DNA from: Azolla caroliniana
Taxonomy: Eukaryota; Plantae; Polypodiophyta
Reading direction: 5' to 3'
DNA: 64,000 nucleotides
Assembly (NCBI GenBank): GCA_043228905.1
Contig: JBHGNT010000008.1
Coordinates: 18,910,001 to 18,974,000 of the forward strand
The position numbers and the translations under genes were made by a program. Below are positions 39,751-54,076 of the stretch, one piece after another (the stretch's first letter is position 1; each line of letters begins with the position of its first letter). Under the pieces are notes generated by a model that ran no database searches, had not been told where the DNA came from, and worked only from the letters and a program-made list of their open reading frames with translations.

Positions 39751-40139
39751 ATACTGGATTTTGGTCGAAATTGTAGGCATCTAAAAATGTGCATTTTCGT
39801 ATGTATTACAGAGGTTTTAAACGTCTTCATCCGAAGGCTATTCGTTTATGTCTATACAATCGTGGTTCAGGAGCCTCATCAATTGAAACAACTGATAGTT
39901 TGCTCGTCAATCCCTCATTTGCAGGTAAATAATTGCACTTCCTGTTCTTTCCTTCTTGTTGCTTTCATGAACAATGTGAACTTGTTTTCCCTAAAATTAA
40001 ATTTATTACAACAGTTCTAAAATGCAATGAATTTACAGCACAAAGATTTTGAATGTATTTTTAATTCTTCAAATATGAAGACGCTTGATTAGGGTCATTT
40101 ACTTTTTTATGTCTGTCAATATATGTGATTCCCTAAAAT

Positions 40140-40280
40140 CTTAGTTAGACCTATGAAACTCATGTTCAAATTAGTTTCTAGCTTCCTAAAGACATGAGTC
40201 CAAAAGTCACGAGTAAACTTGGAATCTCGATCACTAACAATATCTATTGGTAAGCCGTAAAAACCAAATAACTCGTCAAC
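40140..40280 (-). mobile_element. Short gypsy integrase fragment
   Basis: Translation YGLPIDIVSDRDSKFTRDFWTHVFRKLETNLNMS. Confidence 0.7.
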
Positions 40281-41001
40281 ACATTAATAAGCCAATTATT
40301 GAGCATTTACCATGGTTTTCGTAGGATAGTCCCACACCACAATACCCTTGTTAAATCATAACACAAGTGGATGAATGGGATTTTGTTAGTATATTTAGCA
40401 AAACTCTACAGTGAATAGATTAACTCAAGCTCAAATAATTCTACCCAATCAAGCATAATTTCTATAAATGGTACGTGATGATTGAAAGCAAACATGTATA
40501 TGAAAAATGTTTTATCCTAGCAATGGTATGAGGTCTTGCTCAATGCACATTAAGGGATCATGCATGGTGATTCTCTTGGAATGCAAAGAGGCTTTCCATT
40601 ATGCTTTCTGCTTGTTGATTTGGATGAAAAAACATGTCTAGATGCGAGGTTCCCATCTTGACTACAACACAAGAAAGTGCTCTTGCACAAGTTTCATTTA
40701 CCTACATATCACATGAACCTTCCTACGTCTATGGTACCTACAAGACAACACACTTATTGGAGTCTTTGATTTAATGAAAATGTTTGATTAGGTTGTTAGA
40801 TTATCACATCATTCAGGAAAGGCTCATATCCATGTGTGACCAAAGTCTTTGTGTACATGCGTGTCTAGCACATTGAGGTTTCTCATTGGGCTGCACTGAT
40901 TGTTGAAGAAAATTGGGGGAATTGCATACAATTTTCAATGTTTCTTAAATTTCCCTAGGTGTAAGTAACAATAATAGTGGTGAACATCTCAAGCAGGACC
41001 T

Positions 41002-42080
41002 ATGGACATCATCTCACAGCTACAAGACCAGGTGAATAAGATTGCATACTTAATTTTCAATACGGTTGGGACACTTCAGAGAGATGCTCCTTCATCCCGC
41101 CTTTCACAACAGTATCCGGAGCCTCCCTCTTCAGAGATTAATGTGGCAGTTGCCCAACAACCGATAGCTATGGCAGAAGAGCTTCTCCAAGCTGCGAAGG
41201 AGGTACTTGAGTTTTTTGCATATTTATTTGCAGGTTTATTCAGTTTCTAAAGTTCAGAACCAAGAATAAAGCAAAGAAATAAGTCTTATGTTTAGCAAAA
41301 CTAGATATTCAAAGAGATTTAAAAGTTATTAAATCACTTCAGGAGATGACAGATATGAAAAAAAAAAAAATCTACTTATTGTCTCATTTTAAAAGCAACT
41401 ACTGTAGGATACTGATAATATGAACGTAGCCTTTTATCTAAGATAGATTGCAATTGTACTTGTGATATTCCTTTTACTTATTCTCTTCATCCTCGGGGTT
41501 CTGTTTATGCTGTATTTTGTAGGTCAAGAGTTCTAGTTGTGCATGTCATAAAGGTGTGCATGGATGAATGAATGCACACAGCAGTTAGATAATGCGTCAT
41601 GGTATAATTGATGTGCATTAAAAGGTGAAATTATATCAAGCTTTTGTTTTAAACAATGCATGTGCAGTTTGATGCTCTGGTGGGGGCTTTACCTATCACT
41701 GAAGAAGGTGAAGAAGCACAACTCAAGCTAATTGCAAAACTGCAAGTAAGAATTGATATCTAAAATGTTTGTCACAATTCTTTTTGAACAGTTTTATTTT
41801 TAAAGATCTTCTTGCAAGTAATGTTAAATGTGATTAACTTTTGCAATTTCACCCAGGCTGAAAATGAGGAAGTCGGTGTTGAGCTGCAAAGGCAACTTGA
41901 ATCTGTTGGTATGCATTGTGATAGTTTTAAATTGTGCTCGACTCATAAGTACATACTACAATGTCTTTTTTCTTACTGTATGTAATCATGATGTGGGATG
42001 CAGACTCGGAACTGCAGCAAGTGCGGGAGTTGTTTCATGCAGCAGCAGACAACTGCCTTCGCTTGAAACCACCACAATAA
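41002..42080 (+). CDS. MED21: Mediator subunit 21. Exons: 41002-41202, 41668-41745, 41857-41908, 42004-42080
   Basis: MDIISQLQDQVNKIAYLIFNTVGTLQRDAP..LLQAAKE-FDALVGALPITEEGEEAQLKLIAKLQ-AENEEVGVELQRQLESV-DSELQQVRELFHAAADNCL; canonical splice sites. Confidence 0.95.
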
Positions 42081-44566
42081 CTAGTTGTTTATATAGTATA
42101 AATATCAAGCTTTTCTTTACCTCTACATTGTTGGAAGACATTCTCAAAGACATTCTGTACCAATTTGCTATCACTCTTTTTTTAAAGATTTTGGGGCAGT
42201 ATATAGTATATTATGGTGATGGTTATAGCATTCTGTTGCAGTGTTTGATAATTGGTACTACCCAGGTGGTTGGCATATATCAGAATATCAAGAATGGTGT
42301 TCTAGGATGTCTTGTACATGAGAAACATTATCAGGCTCCATGAAACCACATTTTGCGCCAGTCTTTTTTTTATGATTATTTCATGATGCTTATTGGGATA
42401 TTTGTGAGTGTCTTGTGATGGGAAATCGGACTGAGCACTCCTCTGCGGGAACTAAGATGAAATTAAAGCCATTAAGGTTAGGGGGACCCGGGCCTGAAGG
42501 ATGTATGAGGGGAACTGATTGCAGCAGAAAACCATGGTGAGTGGTTGATTGTGTGAAGTGATGAGCATTGTTTTGAGCCACCTGCAGATGTTTAAGCATA
42601 CTGTGTGCTCAAATTATAGTTTTGGTGGTTTTGCTTGCCTTCATTGGGGTTTCCCCCCCCACTTCATTCCACATATACAATCACTCTTTCCATGCCGTAT
42701 ATCTACCATGGAAATCCTCATTTTGTGCCATTGGCTTCCTAAAATGTGTATTTACTGCTCTCTTCCGCTTATAGAAATTGTAAGTTACAGACCTAAAAGA
42801 CACTAAGATACAGGTTCAGTGGAAAACATTCTGATCAAGAAGGTGAACCTAGAGCAAGATGATCCTTGAAATCAAGATGTGGATATATCATATAACTATG
42901 TAATGGAAATAGAAAAATGGAAGGGAAGAACTTCAAGGATGATTTTATCAAACTCTGTGAATGGGCTCCATATCCATAAAAAAGGTTGTACCTTGAATTG
43001 ACATTCTCTAAAGTTGTAGTCTTATGCCAGAAATGATCATAACAGCCAATAATGTGCTGAAGACTTCTTCAAATAATAAACTATGTGAATGACCTCAATA
43101 TACGTGATGAAGATTGTACCTTGAAATGATATTCCCTAAAGTTTGAGTCAATTATACCATAAATGAATTATTTCCTGATTAATTGATGACAACTCAGTAA
43201 AGGTGTCCATTTCAAATCATTATTGTTAAGTGTATCTAATTCTGAGCATATTTTATTGCATCATTGGAGTAGGATTAAATGAGTTCTTACTAACTTCTTA
43301 GGTATGTATCTCCCACCCACCATAATATAAATTATTATTTAGCTAGAATTGTCTCATATGTCTTAAGACGTTCAATGCACGAAGTTTAATGTTGCCTTTT
43401 GGCTCTTCAAAGTGTGATGTATACTGATGTGTACCAAATATGTAACATTGGCAGATGGTATGGTGATCACTGATGATGATGATTTAATTCTATTCAGTTA
43501 ACATTATCTTTCAGTTGGTGATGTAATTTTACTGTTAAAATGAAGGGTTGAATGAATAGTATCACCTCAAGATGTCATGCCCACAATGTTTGAATGAATT
43601 GTACACTCAATTCTCTTACCATTGTTCCTACATGCTGATGATCTTATGATATCATCTCATGATTCGTGATACAATAACTACTTATTACCCATCTATTTAT
43701 TTGTATATATTTATTGATGTTTATAACACAAAAGGTAGAAAAAGGGTCACTTCTTGCATCACTATATATTGTATCTTCAAACTCTTTGCAGAACCTAGAT
43801 GTAGTCTTGCAAACTTTTTGATCGGACAAAAAGGTCTCTTAACCTATTGTCTTGCAAGTGCATGTTCAAAGAGAGGATTTCTTAACATATACCATCTTGA
43901 AAGTGCATGTTCAGAGAGAGGGAAAGACTAACTCACATCAACCCTAATTTAAAGTCATATTGGTTGAATATAAACATTTGCTGATTGCAATAATCATCAG
44001 TACAATAACACAAGCTCCTTTGTCAAAATATGCATTCTATGACCACAGTATGTTACATGTGGCATTGTTTGTGTGATAGTTTCGCCATTACCTTAATTTC
44101 AGATAATCAAAATGCTCCCGTAATTTAACTGTAGATAGCTATTGTTCTGTAAGTTCTTGACTTGGTTACTGATGGCTCTTCTGAATTAAGGCAACAGTTA
44201 ATAACTCTTAATTACCAAAACAGGGTTTCTTATGTTTAAATAAGATCCTGTGTTCCTACAAGATAACACCACATAGAAGAGGTAATCATACTACCACCAT
44301 CATAAACTAATCACAGACGATTACCATCACAAAAATCGAATCAATAAAGAAATGCATGTAGCAAATTTTCCAAATTTACAGTGAGATTACACATTCATTC
44401 TAGCCTTCACCACCAACCAACATTGAGGTAGGTAATATCAACCGTTTATGTTCACACTTCATGGACACCGAGGACAAGGCAAATCCTCTGCCTATGTCAT
44501 CTGCTGCTTTCAACCATTCATTTAAACAAAACCTAACTTCACCAGTTACTACAATAAATAAATAAA

Positions 44567-47500
44567 CTATTGCCATGTCATCTGTTTGAAGCCAGACCTA
44601 CTATACTGATCAAATCCAGTTTCTGGTTCTTTCCTTTTTATAACCGTACTCGATGATGAGGTACCTTGCTGGTATGATAATTGAGGAATTCCAGAAGAAA
44701 CTCTAGTATTATGTCCATCATCTCTGGCATCTGAATTAATATAACCTACATCTGGGCCAGCATTTAAGTCTAGATTAGATCTGGCCCAAGCAGCATTCGA
44801 GTCCGAAATTTGTTGCGCTTCCCCAATGCTACTAATGAGGTATGGCCTCGCATATGGAGAGACAACTCCACCAGGAGTCAATAACTGTTGTGGACCACCC
44901 ATTGGAAAAGGAAGTGAATTTGTATTTGCTGAAGACATGTGAGGATTTGAGCTCATATTATACGATCCCGAAGTAATAGGAAACCCGGCTCCAAATGGAA
45001 ATCCAGTATAAGAGAATGGGGGCGATACTGTTGTAGAGTAAGGGAGACCACTCGAATTTCCTCCCTGATATAGATCACTACTGAAAGGCCCAAGGTTTTG
45101 GCTCGAATTGAGCATTGGCTTTGTACTTGGTGTTGCCAGAACAGGGTAAGCTAACTCTGTTCTATTTGTTGGTGCTGCAAGGACAGGGTATGCTAGCTCT
45201 CTTCTGTTTGGCGTTGCTGCAAGGACAGGGTATGTTATCTCTCTTCTACTTGGTGTTGCTGCTAGAACAGGGTATGCTATCTCCATTCTATTTGATGAAA
45301 ATCCTGGAATCATCATCGTTGCTGGCACAGAGCTACTGGAATGAGAATACCATGGACTCATACTTACTAAATCTGGATTTGGCCTGATTCCTCCGATGAG
45401 GACTGGATTGTTGTTGCTCTCAACATTCTTATGTTGATGTGGAGATTCTTCTACAAGAGCTTGTTCTACCTCTGGCCCATCGTTTAAATCAAAGTTTAGG
45501 ATCACTCGTGAAATACTGCTACTAGTCTCTGGGGGTACATGTCTGGAAACAGAGGCCTGAGGACCGACGTTCTCATCACTTTCATCCAGTCTATTTAGAT
45601 CCAATTCAGGCCTTAATGGTGAAGCACCATTATTTGCATTAGGGTTCTCATTTGTTGAACCAAGGGGAAGATTATGAGCTGGTTCCTGTGCAAGAGATGT
45701 TGAATCTTCTATCATCGCTATTTCATCTGCAACATTAAGGTCAATATCTAGGAACCTTGCTTGTTTACCACTCGCAACAAAATCTGCCTTTTCTGGAATG
45801 GTGTTAGCCTCAAGAGATGGTTGCAAAGTTTCAGCAACCCGGCGTGGTTCTGCAGGCCTGAATGCACTTGTAGCCGCAGAGCCTTTCCAGCCTTGCTCTC
45901 CATTTGTTCTCACCAGATTAGATGGAGGTATGAATGCCCCTTTTGATGCTGAAAGAATTGCAACTGGAGCTGCTATTGATCCAGTTTGATGAGAGGTCTC
46001 TAACATTGGATCAGAAGAAACTATTGCAGGACAAGAACTAGAGAAATCTTCATTTTCATGAAGAACCTCTTCTGCTGCAAACCCTTCATTTAGATCAAAT
46101 ATCGGCCTTTCCATGTCATTACGGCACAGCTTTTTACCAGTTGATAATGGAGCAATATCATCCACTGCCGGAAGCTCTGGAGTGACTGGACCAGTAGATT
46201 CTAGTACAATCGCAGGTACATCCCTATCGCACACATCTTTGTTCTCCATGTTATCAGTACCACAATCAGGCACACTTTCTAGATCTGCCCTCATATTCTC
46301 CTTATGATCGAGTTTGGAAGAAGATTCATGTACTTCTCTTTCGCTCGTTGTGGAGATCTTATGTATATCGGTCTCTCTTTTTTCTCCAGGTGTTTCTGTA
46401 TCCATAGCATCGGCAATAGCATGCGATTCATCAGTTATTGGCCTTTCAGTTCCGATGTCTTTCACACCAGCATCATGGATTGTAAGGCTACTTTCCATGA
46501 ACTTAGCAGCAGTGATCTCAGTTTTCAATTCATCATTGGAAAGGCTCGTTGAGATAGCGTCATGTACCTCAGATTTATTTAACTCTTCCACTTCCTGTTC
46601 AATTTCCTTTGCAACCTGCCTGGCTACCTCAAGAGCATCTTCTTCTGATTGTTCTGAAGTGGTTGAACCATCTTCTATTCTTGCTAACGACTCAGCTGCA
46701 AGAGTGTTCAAAATAGATGACATTGCTCTTGCACCGTCAGAAAATTTCCCTAAGTACGCCTCTGAATTGAAAGTAGCTGTTCGTCGCACACTCATTGAAG
46801 AGTTAATATCTCCTGTATTGGTGGACAATATGGGCATATTTTCCTCTTCCTCATTGTCAGCTTCCCTCATCAAAACATCAGGTTTATGTTTTACACCAGG
46901 TCCACTTGATATAAGATCGTTCATGTCTTTCCCTCTAGGTGAACCCAATTCTTTAACATAATCTGTGGTTTTATCCTTACCTAAACCTTCAATGCTTGTT
47001 TCCCCTGGTCGATCTGCTGATATCTCAGCATCCTGCTGAGGATTTGATCCTCTTTCAGACATAGTAAGAGACCCAGAGGATACAATCATGGGGCTTTCTT
47101 TCTTCGATTTATCACCTAAAACCATGGCAAATTTGTGTTAGAGCACAATAACTAGAATAATGAAAGAAAGCCAACCATGGGGTTGTGTTATAAGATATAT
47201 ACCATCTTTCTGTCCTGTATTCTTGCAATCTGGGTCAGTTGATACTCTGGTTTGTATGTTGGATTCCATACTGACGTCAGCATGCTGTGGGAAGCTTTCT
47301 CCCCTGACAGAGCTTTTCTCAGGGTCAGAACCTTCACATGTAGCTATGTTTGCTAGTAGATCAATACCCCCTTCAGGAGTGTCGATAGCTTGCCTTTCCA
47401 AATTCAAGCTAGGACTTGGATTCGCAGCAATGTCAGAAGCAGCAGGCTCTTTTTCTAACGAAATTAAGCGTGCATCGGATGAATCTTTCTCCCTAGTCTC

Positions 47501-49914
47501 TTCAACATCAGATGATTTGCAATAAGCGTCATCTAACTTCGCAGTATCTGACCTATCTATCTCCTCTTTACAATCAATGTTTCTTTTCACTACACCATCG
47601 ATATTGTTACTATTGCTACACTTGGCATCCCCACTAGTGTCTGGAGAATTAACAGGAGCTCTACTACTCACGTTAAGAGAATCATGCTTATCAGTCGAGA
47701 CTGGTGAAGATCCCCTGTTGTTGGCTACGCTTCCATCAATCAAAGAGTTGCCACTAACAGTAGGAGCTGGACTTCGTGCTGGATTGGGAAGTCTCACAAT
47801 TAACCTTTGAGTGCTCGAAACTTCACCTCTACTGCCCTCAACTGTCCCTTTATCCACTAAGCTAGAACCACTCTTCTCATTTGTGGATGCTTTATGCCTC
47901 CCTGTTGTCTCTCTATGAAGCCCTGTGGAGAAAGATGTATTATGGCTTTTGGTAGAATGCGCCTGAACATGGCTGCGTAAAGTTGCCCCCGAGGATTTAT
48001 TACCCTTGGATGTGACAGAAGCTGTCTTTCCCTCTTCCTTCAACGATCCATTTCCTTTTAGTGGTCCACTACTCCACGACTGACTATTGTTATGTGATTG
48101 ACTAGAGCTAGAGCTTTTCTCCTCCTTCATGGTATCATTTGTCCCACTGACATTTGAGTTTGACTTCACTGAATTATCCTTGGGCATAGCGGTCTCTAAC
48201 TGTGAGGATACGTAACACTTGGTATCTCCACTGGAGTCACAGCCATTTGGTGAAAGTTTCACATTCTTGGCTGAACTCCCTTTGATATTCTGAGTTTCGT
48301 TAGTAGGCCTAGATGATGACCAAGTTGTTGTTGCAGTGGTGTTTAACCCAGACTTGCCTTCATCGGAAGATTTCATCTCTTCATCCACCCGTTTTTTCCA
48401 TGTATCTACCAGTTTCCTTGCTTTCTTTTGGATTTCAGCATTCTTGTGGCTCTTAAGATTTCTAACCGACTTTCCAACCATACAAGTTTTTAATGCATCC
48501 AAATCCACTGGTAATTTCTCTAATGCACAGAGTAACGTCAACAACAGCTCCTCTAATACTCGATCGCTTTCCTTTGGACTTCCATCTCCAAGCTTCCCCT
48601 TATGAGCTTCTTGCAACCAATCATCTAGAATAGGAATGCTTCCAAGATGAACAAGGTGATTGAGGCAATCTTCCCTCTCTGTTGAAGATATGATGCTTGC
48701 AAGAAGTATTCTATGAGTAATAACATTGGTTATCTTACTAGAACCACCCTCGCTCTGTTCCTGGATCATCATCTCAACAAGCTGCTCTGCAGATGATGTA
48801 CTATTTAGGCCTTTGCCCTTCTCAGCAAAGTCCTCGAATCTCATGATACTTTCTCTTTTTGAATCCGTATCCTCCACCTTGATAAGCTTCTCTCGTTTAC
48901 CCGAATCCAAACTTTGGTCACTTCGGTCCCTCTTCTTACTTCTCATGTGTTGATTAGGAGGAGCTATATTCCCAACATCTCCTCCCTTGGATGAAGTTGG
49001 TGTACTCAAAGATCGTTGAGAGGTCCTTGGTGAATGTGTGCTCGTTTGCATTTCGTGTTTCGTTCTATTCAACAGCTGATCTACTTCCACCTGATGTTCC
49101 TGTACATTAAATCAATATAGAATACGCAGTCAATTACATTTGTTTGAATTAGTGATATACTATGCACTTCAGCATATCAGAAACCAACTTACATCTGTGT
49201 AGTCTTGATCTGTGAGCCAGTATAAACACTTGTTAGTGGTATCGTAAACCCTCCTGCATACAAAGCAAGAAAGCCGTGGAGGAAGCTCAATACCCTTTCG
49301 GAGAAATGCGACTTTGCAAGGGTGAAGCAAATACGCGGATGATATTTCATCCTTATGGAAAGAATAAAAGATTTCGTTCGGTGTCGCGTCGATCGAAGCA
49401 CCTTTCCCTAACTTTAACTCGTCAGGTCGATATAGCCAGTTCACACTAAGGTTCGAGTTCCCGTCTTTATCTGTTACAAGATTTCTGATGATTCCGATAA
49501 AAGGAGGAGCATTTCCAGCTTGAAACAGTGCACAATCTCCAATAACGAATTTACGCCCACCCTGCATTTTATTTGCAGCATTAAAAAATCTTAGTTATCT
49601 AGCAATCTCATGTGCACCAAATATAATCTGAAGAAGAAAAAGACAAAAGAAAAAAACTAATGATGCAAACAATTTCTATAACCCCCCCCCCAATCTAAGC
49701 AAGACCCATCTTAATGGTAGAATTACACACAAGTACACAAAAGACGAGTGTTTTTTTTCAAAATAAAAGCTTATAGTAAGAAAAATAAAAATAAAGACAG
49801 AGAGAAGAGGAAGAAGAGAACCTTAGAGAAATTTTTCAATTGAGTTGAATGAGACTGTGTTGGCCACATGTGCCACTTGTGCTCCTGCTTATCTTCACAA
49901 TGTTGCCCATGCAT
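44567..49914 (-). CDS. SUO: BAH and TFIIS N-terminal domain protein (SUO-like). Exons: 49914-49822, 49561-49193, 49099-47203, 47115-44567
   Basis: MHG..HMW start; BAH domain GDCALFQAGNAPPFIGIIR..LLHPCKVAFL; TFIIS-N LDDWLQEAHKGK..EIQKKARKLVDTWKKRV; DALEVARQVA; GWKGSAATSAFRPAEPRR; several DLN motifs. Confidence 0.9.
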
Positions 49915-50749
49915 ATCATGCCTCTTCTCTTCTTCTCTTTAGGCACAGAATCCTCTCTTCTACACACACAAAACCCTGTTTTTTCATACAAAAATCCTGT
50001 AAAGAAGAAGAACCCTCACTTCCTTCACATAAAAACTCCTCTCTCTTCCTTCACACAAAACCCCTCTCTTCCTTCACGTAAAATCTCCCTTTCATTCACA
50101 TATGTAAAAAACTCTTCACATAAAATTTCAGTTCTCTTATTATAAAGGGCTCCTTCCTTCATATGATTTCACTTCCTTCTTCAAAGAATCCCCTGTTTTC
50201 TCTTACATAAATTCCTGTTCTTTTCACGTAGAATCTCCGGTTACCAAAAACAAACAAATTTCCTGTTCTCTTTCACATAAAAACAATGCCCTCTTCTGAG
50301 ACATTTCTGAAGATCATACTTACCAGAATAGCAGCGCGAATGATCTGAAGAGAAGCCCTGTAATTGTAACCCTAAAGTTAAAACCCCAAACAAGAGGCAA
50401 AGACTAGATCGAAGAGAGAGGGAAATAGATAGATAATATGTGCTGAATTAGGTCTTCTGTTGAGTAGAAATTATGTCAAAAAACAGAAAGATATATTTAT
50501 GTTTGTTAAAAGAGAGGCGTGACGTGTGCAGTGCAGGGATCTCATGGCGAGAGCTCAGATCTAGCCTTAAAAAGCAAGCCTGTTGACGCTAATTTTAGGA
50601 GGAGAAGAACGGGAGGTCGTGGATCCATGGAAACTTTTCCAGGAAATGAAGGCATAAAAGGAGGAGGGGAATCAAATTAGGGTTTGGGGAGAGTCAGGGG
50701 TCAGACAGGAGGAGAAGAAGAAAGGGCTTTGAGCAGAAAACAGGAAGCT

Positions 50750-50788
<39 letters not shown>

Positions 50789-50815
50789 TATGGGCAGGGG
50801 AAATGAGAAGCTTTT

Positions 50816-50848
<33 letters not shown>

Positions 50849-51097
50849 AGAAGGAGAAGGAGAAGGAGAAGATGATGATTAGGAGGTATTGCCCGCGTGC
50901 AGATATCTGTGTGTGTGTGTGTCTTAGGGTTTACTGTTTAGGGTTATAATTAGGATTTGTGGTGTTTTGATGTTCTGTTCTGATCGCCATAACAGAGTAC
51001 TTACTGACAGCTATGACTCTCTCTCTCTCTCTCTCTCTCTGTCACAACCTCCTCCTACTGTCTCTCTCTTTCTCTCTCCTTACTTTGTCAGAGTACT

Positions 51098-51139
<42 letters not shown>

Positions 51140-51455
51140 TACCCCCCCCCCCCCCCTTTCTATGTCAGACATCTCTGTCTCTCTCTCTATCACTCTTCTT
51201 ACTCTGTCAGAGTTCGTCTCTGTGCCTCTTCTTTCTCTCTCTAAAACACACCCACACCCACAGAGGCCATTCTCTCTCTCTCTCTCTCTAGAGCTCTGTC
51301 TTCTCTCTCTGTCTTCTCTCTCTCAATGAATGAATGAATGAATGAATGACTAATCAGAAGAGATGTCGCTTTCCTTCATTTCTCTGTCTCTCCCTCCCCT
51401 GCGTGTCTCAGAAGAGCTTTTTCTCTCTGTTCCTCTGTCTCTGTCTCTGTCTCTG

Positions 51456-51497
<42 letters not shown>

Positions 51498-51642
51498 TTT
51501 CCTGTCCTGCCATTTTTTCTTCAAAGCCTAGGTAATGAACAAAACACAGACATGGACATATACATATATGATATACATATACATATACTTTTATACACAT
51601 ACATATACATATACATATACACACATACATACATACACATAC

Positions 51643-51707
<65 letters not shown>

Positions 51708-51820
51708 CACACATACATATACATATACATACACACATACATATACTTTTATACATATACATATACTTTTATACACATACACATATACATACACATACAT
51801 ATATGTGTGTACAACATATG
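50750..51820. repeat. (GA)n/(CT)n and (ATATAC)n microsatellite field upstream of the SUO-like gene
   Basis: Simple repeats visible directly in the sequence. Confidence 0.9.
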
Positions 51821-52034
51821 TATGTCACACCCCTGCTCCCCATGTCACCCTCGTTCGCGTCGAACCTGCTCGCCATCGCATCCGATGCCCATGCTGCCAT
51901 GACAACAACGTTGCGATCCTTTGAATACCATGGTGGAACGTGCGCATTTTACGGAGCCTTATGTCGGCATGGCTTTGAAGTTCACCCGATGATAGTCTTG
52001 ACATAACGTCGCGTGGGGACGTTTGCCTGCCTTT

Positions 52035-52450
52035 GTTTCTGAGGTGCGCGCAAAGGATTTAGGGTGCCCTGTGTGGCTTTTCTATTTGGACACTTTGTGG
52101 TCCACCCGATGTCATGGCGGCAATGCCACATGCTTGTGGATATATATATATAGGCATGAGGCCTCTGTTTCCGAGGTAGGTGGAGCAGAGGATTTAGGCA
52201 ACTTATGTGGCTTCGATTCGGTCGCTTGTGGTCCACGCGATGTCATGATAACAATGCCGCATGCTTGTGAGCAAGCCGTTTCCGTGGTACACGGGGAGAG
52301 GATTTAGGGAGCTTATTTGGTTTAGAGGATCTAGGGCAACTTATGTGCCTTCAATTCGGTGGCTTGTGGTCCACCTCATGTCTTGATAACAATGCCGCAT
52401 GCGTGCAAGCAATCCATTTCCGAGGCAAGGAAGAGGATTTAGGGAGCTTA
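52035..52450. repeat. About three diverged ~135-bp tandem units
   Basis: Recurring tttccgagg..ggatttaggg, ttgtggtccac..atgtc.tg and caatgcc.catgc. Confidence 0.7.
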
Positions 52451-54076
52451 CATGGCTTATTTTGGTGATGGAGTTAATGAGAGGGAAAGTATATGGACTA
52501 GATGATATACGTTGAAGTTAAGGCTTGTAAAATGAAGAGGAAATAGTATATAGAGATGAGATGTTATAGAGAAGTTAAGAAGGCACTCTCTTACGGGTGT
52601 CATTAAGTAGATGCTTTGGAAAAAGATAGAGGAACTTGGGTAAATAAAATCCATTCTTTATATTTTGATAGTAATTACATTGTGAATTATATAGTAAAGG
52701 TTTGTTAGCTTTGGTTTTCCCTCTCCCCACCTACATGAATGTGTCATATTGGTGCCCACATGCTATACCACTTAGCATTTGTGCTTGATGCCATGTGTTA
52801 ACTTAGGTGATATATATCATGTTTTTCCCCTTAATCTCATTGCTATTATTCCTCTATTATGCACCCTAAAAATCGGTTTGTGTGGCATGATAATCCATAA
52901 TCTCTCCCTGGATAATGGACATTGTTGCATTGTATTGGTAGTGATGACTTGCTCACCTTCATCAAGTTGTATGTCCCACCATCATGAAACAATATCCCTT
53001 CCAACAGACCACTCCAATACATTGGATACTAGAGACGCAACTTAATAAATTTGGTAACATAATTATGACCCATGAAAACAATTGCATCCACTATATTCAA
53101 GTTCCATTACCTAGATTATTATATCTTCAATTCCATAGTTATTTCGAGCTTGACAAAGTTTGCTACAACTTGCATCCAACCCTTTCCCATAGACATCCAC
53201 CCCATATATATCTAAATCATTTCCATATAGTGTGAAAAGGCTCAATGTTATGTATGCATAACATAGATGAGGATATGTCACTAACATTATGAAAACATAA
53301 GTGAAGGATATGGTAGTTAGTGTTTTTTTATGCCAAAAAGAATATCCTTCCATTAGTTGAGAAAAGCCTAATCGGCTACAACATACAAATTAGATGGAAA
53401 GGAAACCAATAGACTTCTAAAACCATCGTGTCAAAGCCAATGACTAGCCAACTATCCTTCCCTTAAACTAGTTAAGGAGATGAATCTATATACATCCAAA
53501 TTTGCGGAAAAGAACCAACAAGGCAGAGAGAATTGCCCTATAATCTTCCATCTTTCTATAACTTCCCGAAAAGCTATTGTAATAATATTCCAAAATATGT
53601 ATGTATAGAAATACTATTGTATAAAGAACTCACAAATTCTAACCAAGCTGAAGTGATGGTTTCTTCAACTGGTACTATTTGACCTTGAAAACTCCACACA
53701 CACACCCAACTTTCCATAGAGCTATATGACAAGTGAAGTCAATCAATCCGCAACTCCTTTTTTAATTGCAAAACAATATTCAAGCCAACATTAGATCCTA
53801 CAAGAATGCTAACATCCAATTTGTTAATTCTGAAAGCATGATTGGAATCCATTTCATAAGAAGAAACTCAATTATGAAATTAGCTCCAGGCCACATATAC
53901 CCACGAAAGGAAGCCTATCAACCTCGCAATTAGAAAAAATTCATCAAAAGTCTACTCCAGAACTTTTTGACCATTGTACTCTCCCAAAAGTAACTCTGAA
54001 TAGATTCTTGTGATTACCAAATTGGATAACTTCCTTGAGTGTGACTTATCGAAGCTTCCGCATATTAACTTTTACA

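Noticed and set aside
45115-48953. Plus-strand ORFs overlapping the SUO-like gene
   Set aside because: They are antisense shadows of a long coding exon, with no independent features.
50967-51924. ORFs with LSLS/YTYT/ICIC runs (also at 24126-24456 and 32430-33204)
   Set aside because: They are translations of microsatellites.
52780-54050. Possible decayed retroelement coding sequence
   Set aside because: No diagnostic motif is recoverable by eye.
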